NCBI GenBank assembly: GCA_024635955.1
Contig: JAGXHX010000082.1
Location: forward strand, 1-55,147
Length of the DNA: 55,147 nt
Direction: 5' to 3'
Source of the DNA: Bacillota bacterium
GTDB lineage: Bacteria; Bacillota; TC1
Under the pieces are notes generated by a model. It ran no database searches, was not told the DNA's origin, and was given only the letters and a program-made list of their open reading frames with translations. The first letter of the stretch is position 1. The number at the start of each line of letters is the position of its first letter. The translations under genes were made by a program, and so were the position numbers. Of this stretch, positions 1 through 9,048 are shown one piece after another.

Positions 1-477
1 ATGCCAGCAGGTGCTAAAATTCTTCCATTGAGATCTAATATACCAGAAATTTCCAAATATGTCTTTACAGCAGTAGATAAGGATTTTAGCCAAAGGGCTT
101 TGGATAAAAAAGGTGGTTTTATTGTAGCAGGACAAAATTATGGACAAGGCTCATCAAGAGAACATGCAGCATTAGCTCCAATGTATTTAGGAGTAAAGGC
201 AGTTATCACCAAATCATTTGCAAGAATACATAAAGCTAATCTAGTTAACTTTGGATTATTGCCATTAACTTTCAAGAATGAACTAGATTATGACAATATT
301 GACCAAGATGATGTTTTAATTTTAAAAGATTTAATATCATCATTAAAAAATAACAAAAATATCAAACTTATAAATGAAACTAAAAATCAAGAATATGACT
401 TGATATGTGATATTTCTGATAGAGCTAAAGATATAGTTCTATCAGGCGGTTTGTTGAACTATACAAAAAAAAATTAA
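1..477 (+). CDS. Aconitate hydratase, C-terminal (swivel domain) fragment; 5' end lies outside the window
   Basis: Motif [46 protein letters not shown] is typical of the aconitase/IPM-isomerase small domain. The ORF is open at the window edge and ends with TAA at 475-477. Confidence 0.8.
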   Translation: MPAGAKILPLRSNIPEISKYVFTAVDKDFSQRALDKKGGFIVAGQNYGQGSSREHAALAPMYLGVKAVITKSFARIHKANLVNFGLLPLTFKNELDYDNIDQDDVLILKDLISSLKNNKNIKLINETKNQEYDLICDISDRAKDIVLSGGLLNYTKKN

Positions 478-513
478 TCGTGAGGTGAGAAAAAGAAAAT
501 AGCCTTATGTCAA

Positions 514-1272
514 ATGAAGGTATCAACATCAAAAGATAATAATTTAAAAACAGCTAGTCTTTTTATAGAAAGGGCTAAACTTTCGGAAGCAGAAATAATT
601 GTATTGCCTGAAATGTTTAATACTCCCTACACTAAATCACATATGATTAACTATGCTGAGGAAGGTCAGGGGAAAGCATATAAATTCCTAAAAGAAAATA
701 GCAAAGGCATTATACTAATTGGCGGAAGTATTCCTGAAAAGGATGGAGAAAATATTTATAACACAACTTTTGCTTTTGAAAATGGTATAGAAATAGGTAA
801 ATACAGGAAAATTAATCTTTTCGATGTTGATTACGACAAAATCTGTTTTCAAGAATCAGGTTTTATAACACCAGGTGAGAATACAACTGTAATTAAAACA
901 AGCTTGGGTAAAATTGGACTTGCTATTTGTTTCGACTTAAGATTTCCTGATCTATTTCAAAAAATGGAGGAAGAAAATCCATTTTTATATATAGTACCAG
1001 CGGCTTTCAACAATGTATCAGGACCAGCCCATTATAAATTATTAGCAAGATCTAGAGGATTGGACACACAGAGTTTCATTGCTCTATGCTCTCCAGCATC
1101 TGATTTAAATGCTGAATATTGTCCCTATGGACATTCTCTAATAACAGATCCCTGGGGTAATGTTTTAAGTGAAATGGATGAAACTGAAGGTATAGTTTTA
1201 CAAAACATTGATAAAGAATATGTGAATCAAATAAGATGTGAATTACCAATAAAAAAGAAGTTAATCAAATGA
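514..1272 (+). CDS. Carbon-nitrogen hydrolase family protein (nitrilase/omega-amidase-like)
   Basis: AICFDLRFPDLF contains the catalytic Cys, and EMF plus a Lys region are present. The conserved N-terminal KIALCQM motif is encoded in frame upstream of the ATG, so the true start may be the ATA at 499 (see findings). Confidence 0.85.
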   Translation: MKVSTSKDNNLKTASLFIERAKLSEAEIIVLPEMFNTPYTKSHMINYAEEGQGKAYKFLKENSKGIILIGGSIPEKDGENIYNTTFAFENGIEIGKYRKINLFDVDYDKICFQESGFITPGENTTVIKTSLGKIGLAICFDLRFPDLFQKMEEENPFLYIVPAAFNNVSGPAHYKLLARSRGLDTQSFIALCSPASDLNAEYCPYGHSLITDPWGNVLSEMDETEGIVLQNIDKEYVNQIRCELPIKKKLIK

Positions 1273-1290
1273 TTAACTTCTTTTTTATTT
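1253..1290. terminator. Bidirectional rho-independent terminator between the C-N hydrolase gene and rbr
   Basis: A 14-bp stem (AAAAGAAGTTAATC / GATTAACTTCTTTT) with loop AAAT, flanked by an A-run and a T-run. Confidence 0.6.
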
Positions 1291-1301
1291 AACTATAAAT
1301 A

Positions 1302-1793
1302 TTATTCAACTTTAGTAAATAAACTACCTTTTGTATTACAAATAGGACAAACTTCAGGCACAGTATTTTTCTCTATATAGCCACATACTGGGCAAAGATA
1401 ATAAACACTATCATCGTCCTTACTAAGGTTTGACATAACCTCTGCAAATAACTTAGCGTGTACTTCTTCAGCTTTCATAGCATAAGAAAATGATTGTATT
1501 GCTTTATCTTTTCCTTCTTTTTTAGCTTCTTCTAGATAAGGAGGATACATTTGTTCAAATTCAAATGTTTCTCCACTAACAGCGGCTTTTAAGTTTTCTT
1601 CTGTTGATTTTACTCCATCCGCAGCATTAAGATGTGCATGTGCATGTAATGTTTCTGCTCCTGCTGCAGCTCTAAACATTTTAGCGGCTGACTTATATCC
1701 TTCTGCTTCAGCTTTCTTAGCAAATGCTAAATATTTTCTGTTTGCTTGTGATTCTCCAGCAAAGGCTGCCATTAAATTATCTTTTGTACTCAT
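1302..1793 (-). CDS. rbr: Rubrerythrin (ferritin-like diiron domain plus C-terminal rubredoxin-like CxxC..CxxC)
   Basis: N-terminal MSTKDNLMAAFAGESQANRKYLAFAKKAEAEGY and C-terminal CPVCG...CPIC. Start moved to the ATG at 1793, which has AGGAGG 7 nt upstream. Confidence 0.9.
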   Translation of the reverse strand: MSTKDNLMAAFAGESQANRKYLAFAKKAEAEGYKSAAKMFRAAAGAETLHAHAHLNAADGVKSTEENLKAAVSGETFEFEQMYPPYLEEAKKEGKDKAIQSFSYAMKAEEVHAKLFAEVMSNLSKDDDSVYYLCPVCGYIEKNTVPEVCPICNTKGSLFTKVE

Positions 1794-1830
1794 AATATTT
1801 CCTCCTGTATATTTGTTTAATTCTATAAAC

Positions 1831-1859
1831 ATTATATTATAGAAAGGTCATCATGTCAA
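1831..1859 (-). promoter_or_regulatory. Consensus sigma-A-type promoter for rbr (TTGACA-17 nt-TATAAT)
   Basis: Minus strand reads TTGACA (1859-1854), a 17-nt spacer, then TATAAT (1836-1831). Confidence 0.55.
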
Positions 1860-1876
1860 CAGCAATTATTACATAT

Positions 1877-1891
1877 TTATAATGGTTATAA
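1877..1891. promoter_or_regulatory. PerR/Fur-family-like palindromic box upstream of rbr
   Basis: TTATAATGGTTATAA against the PerR-box consensus TTATAATnATTATAA gives one mismatch. It lies 17 bp upstream of the -35 element. Confidence 0.35.
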
Positions 1892-1893
1892 TC

Positions 1894-2298
1894 TTATTTT
1901 TTATTATTTACTATTAAGAAATATATACCTAAACCAACTAGTCCTATCGGAAATAAATACCTCATAATTAAATCAATAGGTAATATAACATCTATTAATA
2001 TTAATATTCCAAATGCAATTAAACCTATACCTAATATATTAGGATTTTTCACCTTATCTTTAAGAAAGCTATATTTTCTTACTTTTTCCATTACTTCATC
2101 TTTTATATTAGTAGTACTATCAATAGCAGGTAGTACTGCCCATAAAATAATATAAATCAAACCTATGAAACCACCTGAAACTATTAATCCCAAAATTGCA
2201 ATCAACCTTACTAACATAACATCAATTTTAAGTTCTTCACTTATACCTAAACATACACCACCTATAACAGAACCTTGAATTTTCCTATAAAATTTCAT
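1894..2298 (-). CDS. PspC domain-containing membrane protein
   Basis: N-terminal YRKIQGSVIGGVCLGISEELKIDVMLVRLIAILG matches the PspC-domain pattern. Several TM segments follow, and a GAGGTG SD is present. Confidence 0.75.
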   Translation of the reverse strand: MKFYRKIQGSVIGGVCLGISEELKIDVMLVRLIAILGLIVSGGFIGLIYIILWAVLPAIDSTTNIKDEVMEKVRKYSFLKDKVKNPNILGIGLIAFGILILIDVILPIDLIMRYLFPIGLVGLGIYFLIVNNKK

Positions 2299-2319
2299 CC
2301 GAACACCTCATTCAATTAA

Positions 2320-3540
2320 TTAATTCTTGTACGTACTGTTTAATAACAGTGGACCTGTAATAGAAGTTATTAGAATTACTATTACAATACTGCCTAGTTG
2401 ACTATACCCTAAAATGCCAGCATCTTTTGCTATGCTTGCCAATAAATATGCCACCTCACCTATAGGTATCATAGCATATCCAACTCTAAATGAACTTTGA
2501 TTATCTAACCCTGTTAACTTGGCACCAACACTTGCACCTATAGTCTTACCTATTATAGTCATTATAGCAATAATTATTCCAATTACAATAATAGATTCTA
2601 AATCCACTAAGTCAATAGCTAATCCTTTCGATATGAAATAAATTGGTGCAATTAATATTTCTGCAATTGGTTCTAAAAATTTTAATATAGTCTTTTTTAA
2701 TCTAGTTAGTGATAAAATTAATCCTGCAAAGTATGATCCAATTATTGCTGAAACACCGAGTGTATTGGCAAAAAAAGTTAAGATAAAAATGAATATTATT
2801 GAACCCATAATAATTTCATTAAACCGAGCATTTTTAAAATTTTTATGCTTTAATTTTGCATCTATAAAAACTATTAATATACCAAGAGTTAATATGCCTA
2901 AAAATGAACCTAATGTCTTTACTAAGCTGACTAGCCAGTCATGATGAGTTAAAATACTAGTTGGTAAGATAATAATTAACAAGCTAATTACAACTACACC
3001 TATAATGTCATCAACAATAGTGGCACCCTTGACAACACAAGCCATGTCGGAATTATCTTGCCCAATATTTATAAATTTTTTCTTAGTAATTCCAATACTT
3101 GATGCAACAACTACTGATCCAATTACAATACCAACCTTATAGTCAAAACCAATTACTAAAACTGTTATAAATACTAGAAAAAAAGGTGTAATGACACCAA
3201 ATATAGCAGTTAATATTGAATGTTTACCATATCTTTTTAATTCCTCAGTATGAGTTTCCAACCCTGTTAAAAATAATAGAAATACCAATCCTATTTGAGA
3301 AAGATTACTTAGAATACCAACTCTACTATCAACGGTTACTCCGCCAAATAAATCTATAATAAATTTAAAATTGGTTCTTGGGCTAATTAAAAAACCTAAT
3401 AATATTCCACCGATAATATAAATTATAAATAAAGGCTGTTTGGTTTTTCTAGCTATAATAGCAAACAACAAACCAAAGGAATAAAGTACTATAAGTCCAA
3501 ATATTAGTCTTATAAATGTCGAATTCAAAATTTCTGGCAT
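2320..3540 (-). CDS. Cation:proton antiporter (Na+/H+ exchanger family, CPA2-like), membrane domain only
   Basis: Polytopic membrane protein with about 12 TM segments. It is a paralogue of the next gene and shares GLETH/GLGTN and VPRGEV/IPIGEV motifs with it. Confidence 0.8.
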   Translation of the reverse strand: MPEILNSTFIRLIFGLIVLYSFGLLFAIIARKTKQPLFIIYIIGGILLGFLISPRTNFKFIIDLFGGVTVDSRVGILSNLSQIGLVFLLFLTGLETHTEELKRYGKHSILTAIFGVITPFFLVFITVLVIGFDYKVGIVIGSVVVASSIGITKKKFINIGQDNSDMACVVKGATIVDDIIGVVVISLLIIILPTSILTHHDWLVSLVKTLGSFLGILTLGILIVFIDAKLKHKNFKNARFNEIIMGSIIFIFILTFFANTLGVSAIIGSYFAGLILSLTRLKKTILKFLEPIAEILIAPIYFISKGLAIDLVDLESIIVIGIIIAIMTIIGKTIGASVGAKLTGLDNQSSFRVGYAMIPIGEVAYLLASIAKDAGILGYSQLGSIVIVILITSITGPLLLNSTYKN

Positions 3541-3567
3541 CCAATTAATTTCCTATCTTATACTTTG

Positions 3568-4812
3568 CTATTTTTTTATATATACTTTTTTTAATAGTGT
3601 TGGTGTAATTATTGATGTCAAAATAATAACGATAACAGCAATAGAAAGATGTTGATCATTTAAAAGTCCCATTCCTGCTGCCAAACTTGCAGCGATAAAG
3701 GATACTTCTCCTCTAGGAACCATACCAAATCCAATTTTTGTTGATAATCTGGTATCGAATCCTGATAATTTTGCACCAAGACCACAGCCGGCAATTTTAC
3801 CTATAATAGCTACTATAGCAATTATGACTCCAGTTAGAACTACTCCAGTTATATTAGTTAAATCTAAAGTTAACCCGATTGACATGAAAAATAATGGTCC
3901 AAAAAATAATTCTGCTATGCCAGTTAGATGTTTTTCAATTGAAGACTTTAATTTTGTCATAGATAACATTAAACCTGCAAAATAAGCTCCAATAATAACT
4001 GAAACACCTAAATATTGTGCTAGAAAAGCTAACACAAAACAAAATGCAATAACACCCATCATTAATTGCTCACCATATTTTTTATAAAAACTATGACCTT
4101 CAATTTTTTTATTCATTTTCAAGACGATAAATCCAAGCAATCCTATAAAAAGGAATAATCCTATAATTTTAATTAAAACAAGATAAAATTCCATATTTAA
4201 TCCTTGAAATTTTGGATTCATGAAAATACCTAGTAAGGTAATTAACACTAGACCAATAATATCATCAATTATTGCTGCACCAGTTATAACTATGCTAGTC
4301 AATTTGTGCAACATACCCATTTCTTTTAAGGTTCCTACTGTAATACTAATACTTGTAGGAGCAAGAACAATACCCAATGTAAGTGCTGCCTTTAAATTAC
4401 CACTCAATAAAAATAATGTTCCCATCGTCAATGAAATTGTAGTAATAACTCCAAGTATTGCTACTAACGACGATTTTCTGATGTTTTGTTTTAATAATTC
4501 AAAATTAGTTCCTAATCCAGCTAGAAATAATAATAAAATCACCCCGATTTGGGCTAAATCATATATTACCCTTGTTTTACCATCAATTGTAAAACCACCA
4601 AATAAGTCTGTGAAAAATGTTATTTGTGTTCTTGCACCTAAAAATAAGCCAAGAATTATGCCCCCAATAATATATCCTAAAACGGCTGGTTGTTTGAATC
4701 TTTTAGCTAAAATTGAAAAAAACACACTAACGCCGTAAATTATTACCAATTTTAATAGTATATCCAAAAATTGACTATCTAATAAATTCTGGAAATATAC
4801 TTCTTCTACCAT
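3568..4812 (-). CDS. Cation:proton antiporter (CPA2-like), tandem paralogue
   Basis: Same architecture as 2320-3540. Start moved to the ATG at 4812, 7 nt downstream of GGAGGA; the track start at 4818 is TTG. Confidence 0.8.
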   Translation of the reverse strand: MVEEVYFQNLLDSQFLDILLKLVIIYGVSVFFSILAKRFKQPAVLGYIIGGIILGLFLGARTQITFFTDLFGGFTIDGKTRVIYDLAQIGVILLLFLAGLGTNFELLKQNIRKSSLVAILGVITTISLTMGTLFLLSGNLKAALTLGIVLAPTSISITVGTLKEMGMLHKLTSIVITGAAIIDDIIGLVLITLLGIFMNPKFQGLNMEFYLVLIKIIGLFLFIGLLGFIVLKMNKKIEGHSFYKKYGEQLMMGVIAFCFVLAFLAQYLGVSVIIGAYFAGLMLSMTKLKSSIEKHLTGIAELFFGPLFFMSIGLTLDLTNITGVVLTGVIIAIVAIIGKIAGCGLGAKLSGFDTRLSTKIGFGMVPRGEVSFIAASLAAGMGLLNDQHLSIAVIVIILTSIITPTLLKKVYIKK

Positions 4813-4840
4813 TCTCAATTCCTCCGTCCTTATTTAACTA

Positions 4841-5935
4841 CTATAAATTTTCTAAAACCTCTATTGCATTTTCGACTGAAAAATTAGAAGCTATTTGTTC
4901 CATATTCATTCCCATTTTTTCTAGTATTTCAGGTTCGTGTATTAATTTTGTAACTATCTTGGTTATATCCTTTACATTACTAACCCAAATAGCTACATTT
5001 TCTTCGATAAGATAGTCTCTGTTTTCCTTTTCTTGACCACCCAACATATATGGTATTATCATAGGTATTCTTCTAAGTAAAGCTTCAGTTACTGAGGCTC
5101 CTCCTGGTTTGCTAATCAATAAATTTGCTTCATCCATCATCTTTTGAACATCCATTACAAAACCATAGACTGATACTTCTTTATCCGTTTTTATATCAAT
5201 AAATTTTTCCATTTTAATCTTTAATTCACTGTCTTTTCCACAAACCACAATAATCTTAAGATTATCCTTAACATTCATAAGCTTTGATAACACACTTGAC
5301 ATATTTCTACTACCTAAGCTTCCACCCATAACTAATATTGTAAATTTACCATGCTTATATTTATTTATTGGTGAATAAAACTCTTTTTTTATTGGTATAC
5401 CGAATGGATATATTTTTTCATTCTCTACACCTCTTTTTAAAAGATCTCTCTTAGTCACATCACTGCCTACAAAGTAAGCATCAATATATTTATGTTTATG
5501 AACATATACAAAATGAGCTAGATAATCTGTTATTACAGATACTATTCTTTGCTTATCTAAATAACCTCTTTGTTTCATACCACCTAATATATCTGTTACG
5601 ATGGGATGTACTGCAATAATAACATCAGGATCAAAAACATTAATAAATTCCTTAATTTTTTTTTGTGACAATCTTCTAGTCAAGTCAAAAGAACCTTTAG
5701 CTATAATAGGTTTATTTCCAGTTCTATATATTATTTCATATAGTTGTGGTGCTTTTGTTGCAATAAAATTATATCCTTCACAAATAAAAGTATGTAAGCC
5801 TTTTGCATTAATACCCTTAAATAAATCAATAACTAATACTTCATTACCTTTATCTTTTAATCTCTCCGCTAAAGAATTCCCTGCTGTGGCATGTCCTCCA
5901 CCAGTAGAAAGAGAGATTACTAAATATTTTTTCAT
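4841..5935 (-). CDS. Glycosyltransferase, MGDG-synthase/UgtP-like (GT28) diacylglycerol glycosyltransferase
   Basis: N-terminal LSTGGGHATAGNSL and C-terminal KPGGASVTEAL motifs typical of the MGDG synthase family. The ATG at 5935 overlaps the upstream stop (TGATG), with GGAGG 6 nt upstream. Confidence 0.8.
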   Translation of the reverse strand: MKKYLVISLSTGGGHATAGNSLAERLKDKGNEVLVIDLFKGINAKGLHTFICEGYNFIATKAPQLYEIIYRTGNKPIIAKGSFDLTRRLSQKKIKEFINVFDPDVIIAVHPIVTDILGGMKQRGYLDKQRIVSVITDYLAHFVYVHKHKYIDAYFVGSDVTKRDLLKRGVENEKIYPFGIPIKKEFYSPINKYKHGKFTILVMGGSLGSRNMSSVLSKLMNVKDNLKIIVVCGKDSELKIKMEKFIDIKTDKEVSVYGFVMDVQKMMDEANLLISKPGGASVTEALLRRIPMIIPYMLGGQEKENRDYLIEENVAIWVSNVKDITKIVTKLIHEPEILEKMGMNMEQIASNFSVENAIEVLENL

Positions 5936-6648
5936 CAACTGCCTCCTTTTATAAAGATTATCAATGTAATTATTAAATTAAATGTCATATGTGACACAAT
6001 ACCAGAAAAAATTGCCTCAGACTTTTGATAGAGAAAGGCAAAAACAATTCCTGATATAAATAATAAAAAAAATGATATTGATCCACTTAAAAATATAGAG
6101 GAAAATACACTTGTAATAATTGCTGCAATTATCATATTAAAACGTATTTCTATTGTTGGATACATAAATCCTCTAAAAAACATTTCTTCAGCTATCGGAA
6201 TAGCTAATACGAACACCAGAAAAAAGAGGATCATATTAAATATCCCATTAGGATATAAGTAGGTCCTCAAATATTCAATAGATAATAGTGAATAAAATCC
6301 TCTTTCATTATTAAAGACACCAAAAAGGACTACTATTCCAAGTACTATACCTGATGATACACCAAGCAAAAAGTCTCTACTGTTACTTTTCGATGTCGTT
6401 TCAATCTTATTCTTTATACCTGTTCCTCTATTCAATTGTAAATATAAAATGGTAAATAAACTTATAACTGCTACAAAGCTACTTAAAATAAATCCCAAAT
6501 CCTTACTAATATTTAACTTCGAGCCTAAAACATCTGCAAGGCTAAACAAAAGATAGAATATAGAAAAGCTTAATATTGTATCGCTTACATCCCATTTTTT
6601 TCCATTATTTTGCAGAAATAATTCTATTTTTAATTTGTTCTTTACCAA
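5935..6648 (-). CDS. CPBP family intramembrane metalloprotease (CAAX protease/Abi); start codon uncertain
   Basis: EEMFFRGF motif 1 and a later H-containing motif (VSHMTFN), in a multi-TM protein. The track start is a TTG that overlaps trxA by 44 nt (see finding on the A7 tract). Confidence 0.7.
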   Translation of the reverse strand: MVKNKLKIELFLQNNGKKWDVSDTILSFSIFYLLFSLADVLGSKLNISKDLGFILSSFVAVISLFTILYLQLNRGTGIKNKIETTSKSNSRDFLLGVSSGIVLGIVVLFGVFNNERGFYSLLSIEYLRTYLYPNGIFNMILFFLVFVLAIPIAEEMFFRGFMYPTIEIRFNMIIAAIITSVFSSIFLSGSISFFLLFISGIVFAFLYQKSEAIFSGIVSHMTFNLIITLIIFIKGGS

Positions 6649-6922
6649 TGAATCCGATAATTGTATCTACAAGTTTACCATCCTTGAATATCATCAATGT
6701 AGGTATGCTCATAATATCATATTTTTCAGCAGACTCTCTGTTCTCATCGGTATTAATCTTTTTGATTTCTACTTGTCCTTCCAATTCAGATGCTAGAGAC
6801 TCAAGAACTGGTGCTACCATTTTACAAGGTCCACACCATGGAGCCCAAAAGTCCACTAATACAAGACCTTTCGAATTTAAAACTTTACTTTCAAATGTAC
6901 TGTCATCAATATGTTCAATCAT
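6605..6922 (-). CDS. trxA: Thioredoxin
   Basis: WAPWCGPCK active site, 105 aa, ATG start with a GAGG SD. Confidence 0.92.
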   Translation of the reverse strand: MIEHIDDSTFESKVLNSKGLVLVDFWAPWCGPCKMVAPVLESLASELEGQVEIKKINTDENRESAEKYDIMSIPTLMIFKDGKLVDTIIGFIGKEQIKNRIISAK

Positions 6923-6928
6923 TTTAAT

Positions 6929-8272
6929 CTACCTCTCATTCATATTTGTATATTTAATACGTCCATTAATCCCTTTATAAGCTGGTCTAACTATTTTATT
7001 ATCTGAAACTATTTGTTCCAATCTGTGTGCACACCATCCTACTATTCTAGCAACAGCAAATAACGGCGTGAATAACTCTAGCGGTATTTCCAACAATGTA
7101 TATACCAAGCCAGAATAAAAATCAACATTTGCACAAATTACAAAACTAGGACCTTTCACTTCTTTAAAAACTTGTTTTGATAATTCCTCAATCCTATTAA
7201 ATAAATAGTATGCTTCTACAACTCCTTTTTCTTCTGCTAGTTCAAAGGCTTTTTCTTTAAATAGATTAGCTCTAGGATCTGATGAAGTATAAACTGCATG
7301 GCCCATTCCATAAATAAGACCACTTTTATCAAAAGTTTCTTTTTTAATAAGTCTTCTTAAAATAGCTTTTATTTCATCATTTGTAGGATTATCACCTATT
7401 TCATTAGCAATAAATTCCATCATTTCTAATACTTTCTGATTTGCTCCACCATGTTTTGGCCCTTTTAAAGACCCAATTGATGCGGCAGTCGCCGAATAAG
7501 TATCAGTTCCACTTGAAGATATTACATAATTAGTAAAAGATGAGTTGTTACCTCCACCATGATCAGCATGCAAGACTAATGCTAAATCTAGCACTTCCGC
7601 CTCTTTTCTTGTAAAAGCACCATTTTCTCTAATCATATATAATATGTTTTCAGCTGTGCTATATTCACTTTTCGGAGAATATAGATGAAGATTTTCTTTC
7701 TCATAACAATGTTTTTTACTTTGATATGCATATGACATCAATGTAGGTATTTTAGCTATTAGATCTAAACTTTGTACTAAAACATTTCCTAATGTAACAG
7801 AATCGGGGTTTTCATCAAATACATATAAGGTTAAAACGGATCTTTGCATAGCGTTCATAATATTTATGCTAGGATTCTTCAGGATATAGTCTTCAATAAA
7901 ACCTTTTACTAAAGTTCTTCTGTCAGCCATATACGCACAATACCAATTCAGTTCTTCTTTACTTGGCAATTTACCAAAAAGCAATAAATAGGATGTTTCT
8001 TCATAGCCAAATCTACCATCTCTTTGAAATCCTCCAACTAAATCTGCTACATTTATACCTCTATATAATAACTTCCCTTCATCGGGAATTTTTTCACCTT
8101 CATCAACTAAATAACCATGAACTTCAGAAATTTTTGTTAAGCCAACTAAAACACCTTTACCATGTTCGTCCCTTAACCCTCTTTTAACATTATATAGCTT
8201 ATATAATTCATTATCAATATAATTTTCATTTGCTAAATTTTCAATCAATTGATCTAATCTTCTATACGACAC
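6929..8272 (-). CDS. Citrate synthase family protein
   Basis: LHADHGGGNNSSF, GPKHGGAN and GHAVY motifs of citrate (Si)-synthase. The start is probably the GTG at 8272, 7 nt from GGAGG; the track start GTG at 8278 is only 1 nt from the SD. Confidence 0.88.
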   Translation of the reverse strand: MSYRRLDQLIENLANENYIDNELYKLYNVKRGLRDEHGKGVLVGLTKISEVHGYLVDEGEKIPDEGKLLYRGINVADLVGGFQRDGRFGYEETSYLLLFGKLPSKEELNWYCAYMADRRTLVKGFIEDYILKNPSINIMNAMQRSVLTLYVFDENPDSVTLGNVLVQSLDLIAKIPTLMSYAYQSKKHCYEKENLHLYSPKSEYSTAENILYMIRENGAFTRKEAEVLDLALVLHADHGGGNNSSFTNYVISSSGTDTYSATAASIGSLKGPKHGGANQKVLEMMEFIANEIGDNPTNDEIKAILRRLIKKETFDKSGLIYGMGHAVYTSSDPRANLFKEKAFELAEEKGVVEAYYLFNRIEELSKQVFKEVKGPSFVICANVDFYSGLVYTLLEIPLELFTPLFAVARIVGWCAHRLEQIVSDNKIVRPAYKGINGRIKYTNMNER

Positions 8273-8334
8273 CGCCACACCTCCATACCCCTTAATATAT
8301 CTACATCATTATATAATATTTTCAATATATAGTC

Positions 8335-8367
8335 AAAAAAAAAGGATGTCCCTATATAGAGACATCC
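8335..8367 (-). terminator. Rho-independent terminator after hpf
   Basis: Minus strand reads GGATGTCTCTATATAGGGACATCC followed by T9. Confidence 0.65.
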
Positions 8368-8387
8368 AATGTCTTTTAATTATGCTA

Positions 8388-8939
8388 TTACTCTGTTTCT
8401 ATAATTCCAAAATGACCTTCTTTTCTTTTATAGGCTACATGGATATTATTTGTTTCAGCATCTAAATAAACATAGAAATTATGACCTAATAAATCCATTT
8501 GCATAATAGCCTCTTCATCATACATAGGTTTTAAAATGAATCTCTTTCTTCTGATTATTTCTAATTCATCTTCATTAGCTTCATTTTTTTTCTTTTTCTC
8601 AGCGTATTTTTCAGGTGTTTCTTCCAAACCATGAATTTTCCAATTTTTATCTTTGATACGGTCTTTATGTCTTATGTATTGTGTCTCAATATTTTTAAAT
8701 GCCTCGTCGATAGAATCATACATATCTAATGTTACAGATTCTCCTCTTAAGATATAGCTATGGAAGAACATTGTGAACTCTGCAAAGTGTTGTAGTTTTT
8801 CTACTTCCATATGTGCTTTTATTTCCACATCTTCAGAATCATCGAAAAATTTTTCTACAAAACTCTTAGCTTTTTCTTGTATATAGTTCTCCATACCATC
8901 TGTAACTTCTACACCTATTCCTCTGATAATCACTTTCAT
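8388..8939 (-). CDS. hpf: Ribosome hibernation promoting factor, long form
   Basis: N-terminal MKVIIRGIGVEVTDGMENYIQEKA of the S30AE/RaiA fold, plus the C-terminal dimerisation domain (RFILKPMYDEEAIMQMDLLGHNFYVY). ATG at 8939 with a GGAGTGAG SD. Confidence 0.9.
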   Translation of the reverse strand: MKVIIRGIGVEVTDGMENYIQEKAKSFVEKFFDDSEDVEIKAHMEVEKLQHFAEFTMFFHSYILRGESVTLDMYDSIDEAFKNIETQYIRHKDRIKDKNWKIHGLEETPEKYAEKKKKNEANEDELEIIRRKRFILKPMYDEEAIMQMDLLGHNFYVYLDAETNNIHVAYKRKEGHFGIIETE

Positions 8940-8962
8940 ATAACTCACTCCTTTTTAAATAT

Positions 8963-9016
8963 TTATCCACAGTTTCCACAGCAATGAACTTACTTTCATG
9001 TTGATATTGTGGATAA
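8963..9016. promoter_or_regulatory. Cluster of DnaA-box sequences in the comFC-hpf intergenic region
   Basis: Perfect TTATCCACA at 8963-8971, near-match GTTTCCACA at 8972-8980, and perfect inverted TGTGGATAA at 9008-9016. Confidence 0.4.
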
Positions 9017-9048
9017 CTCCTTCATTTCAACATATTAAATTCAGATAT

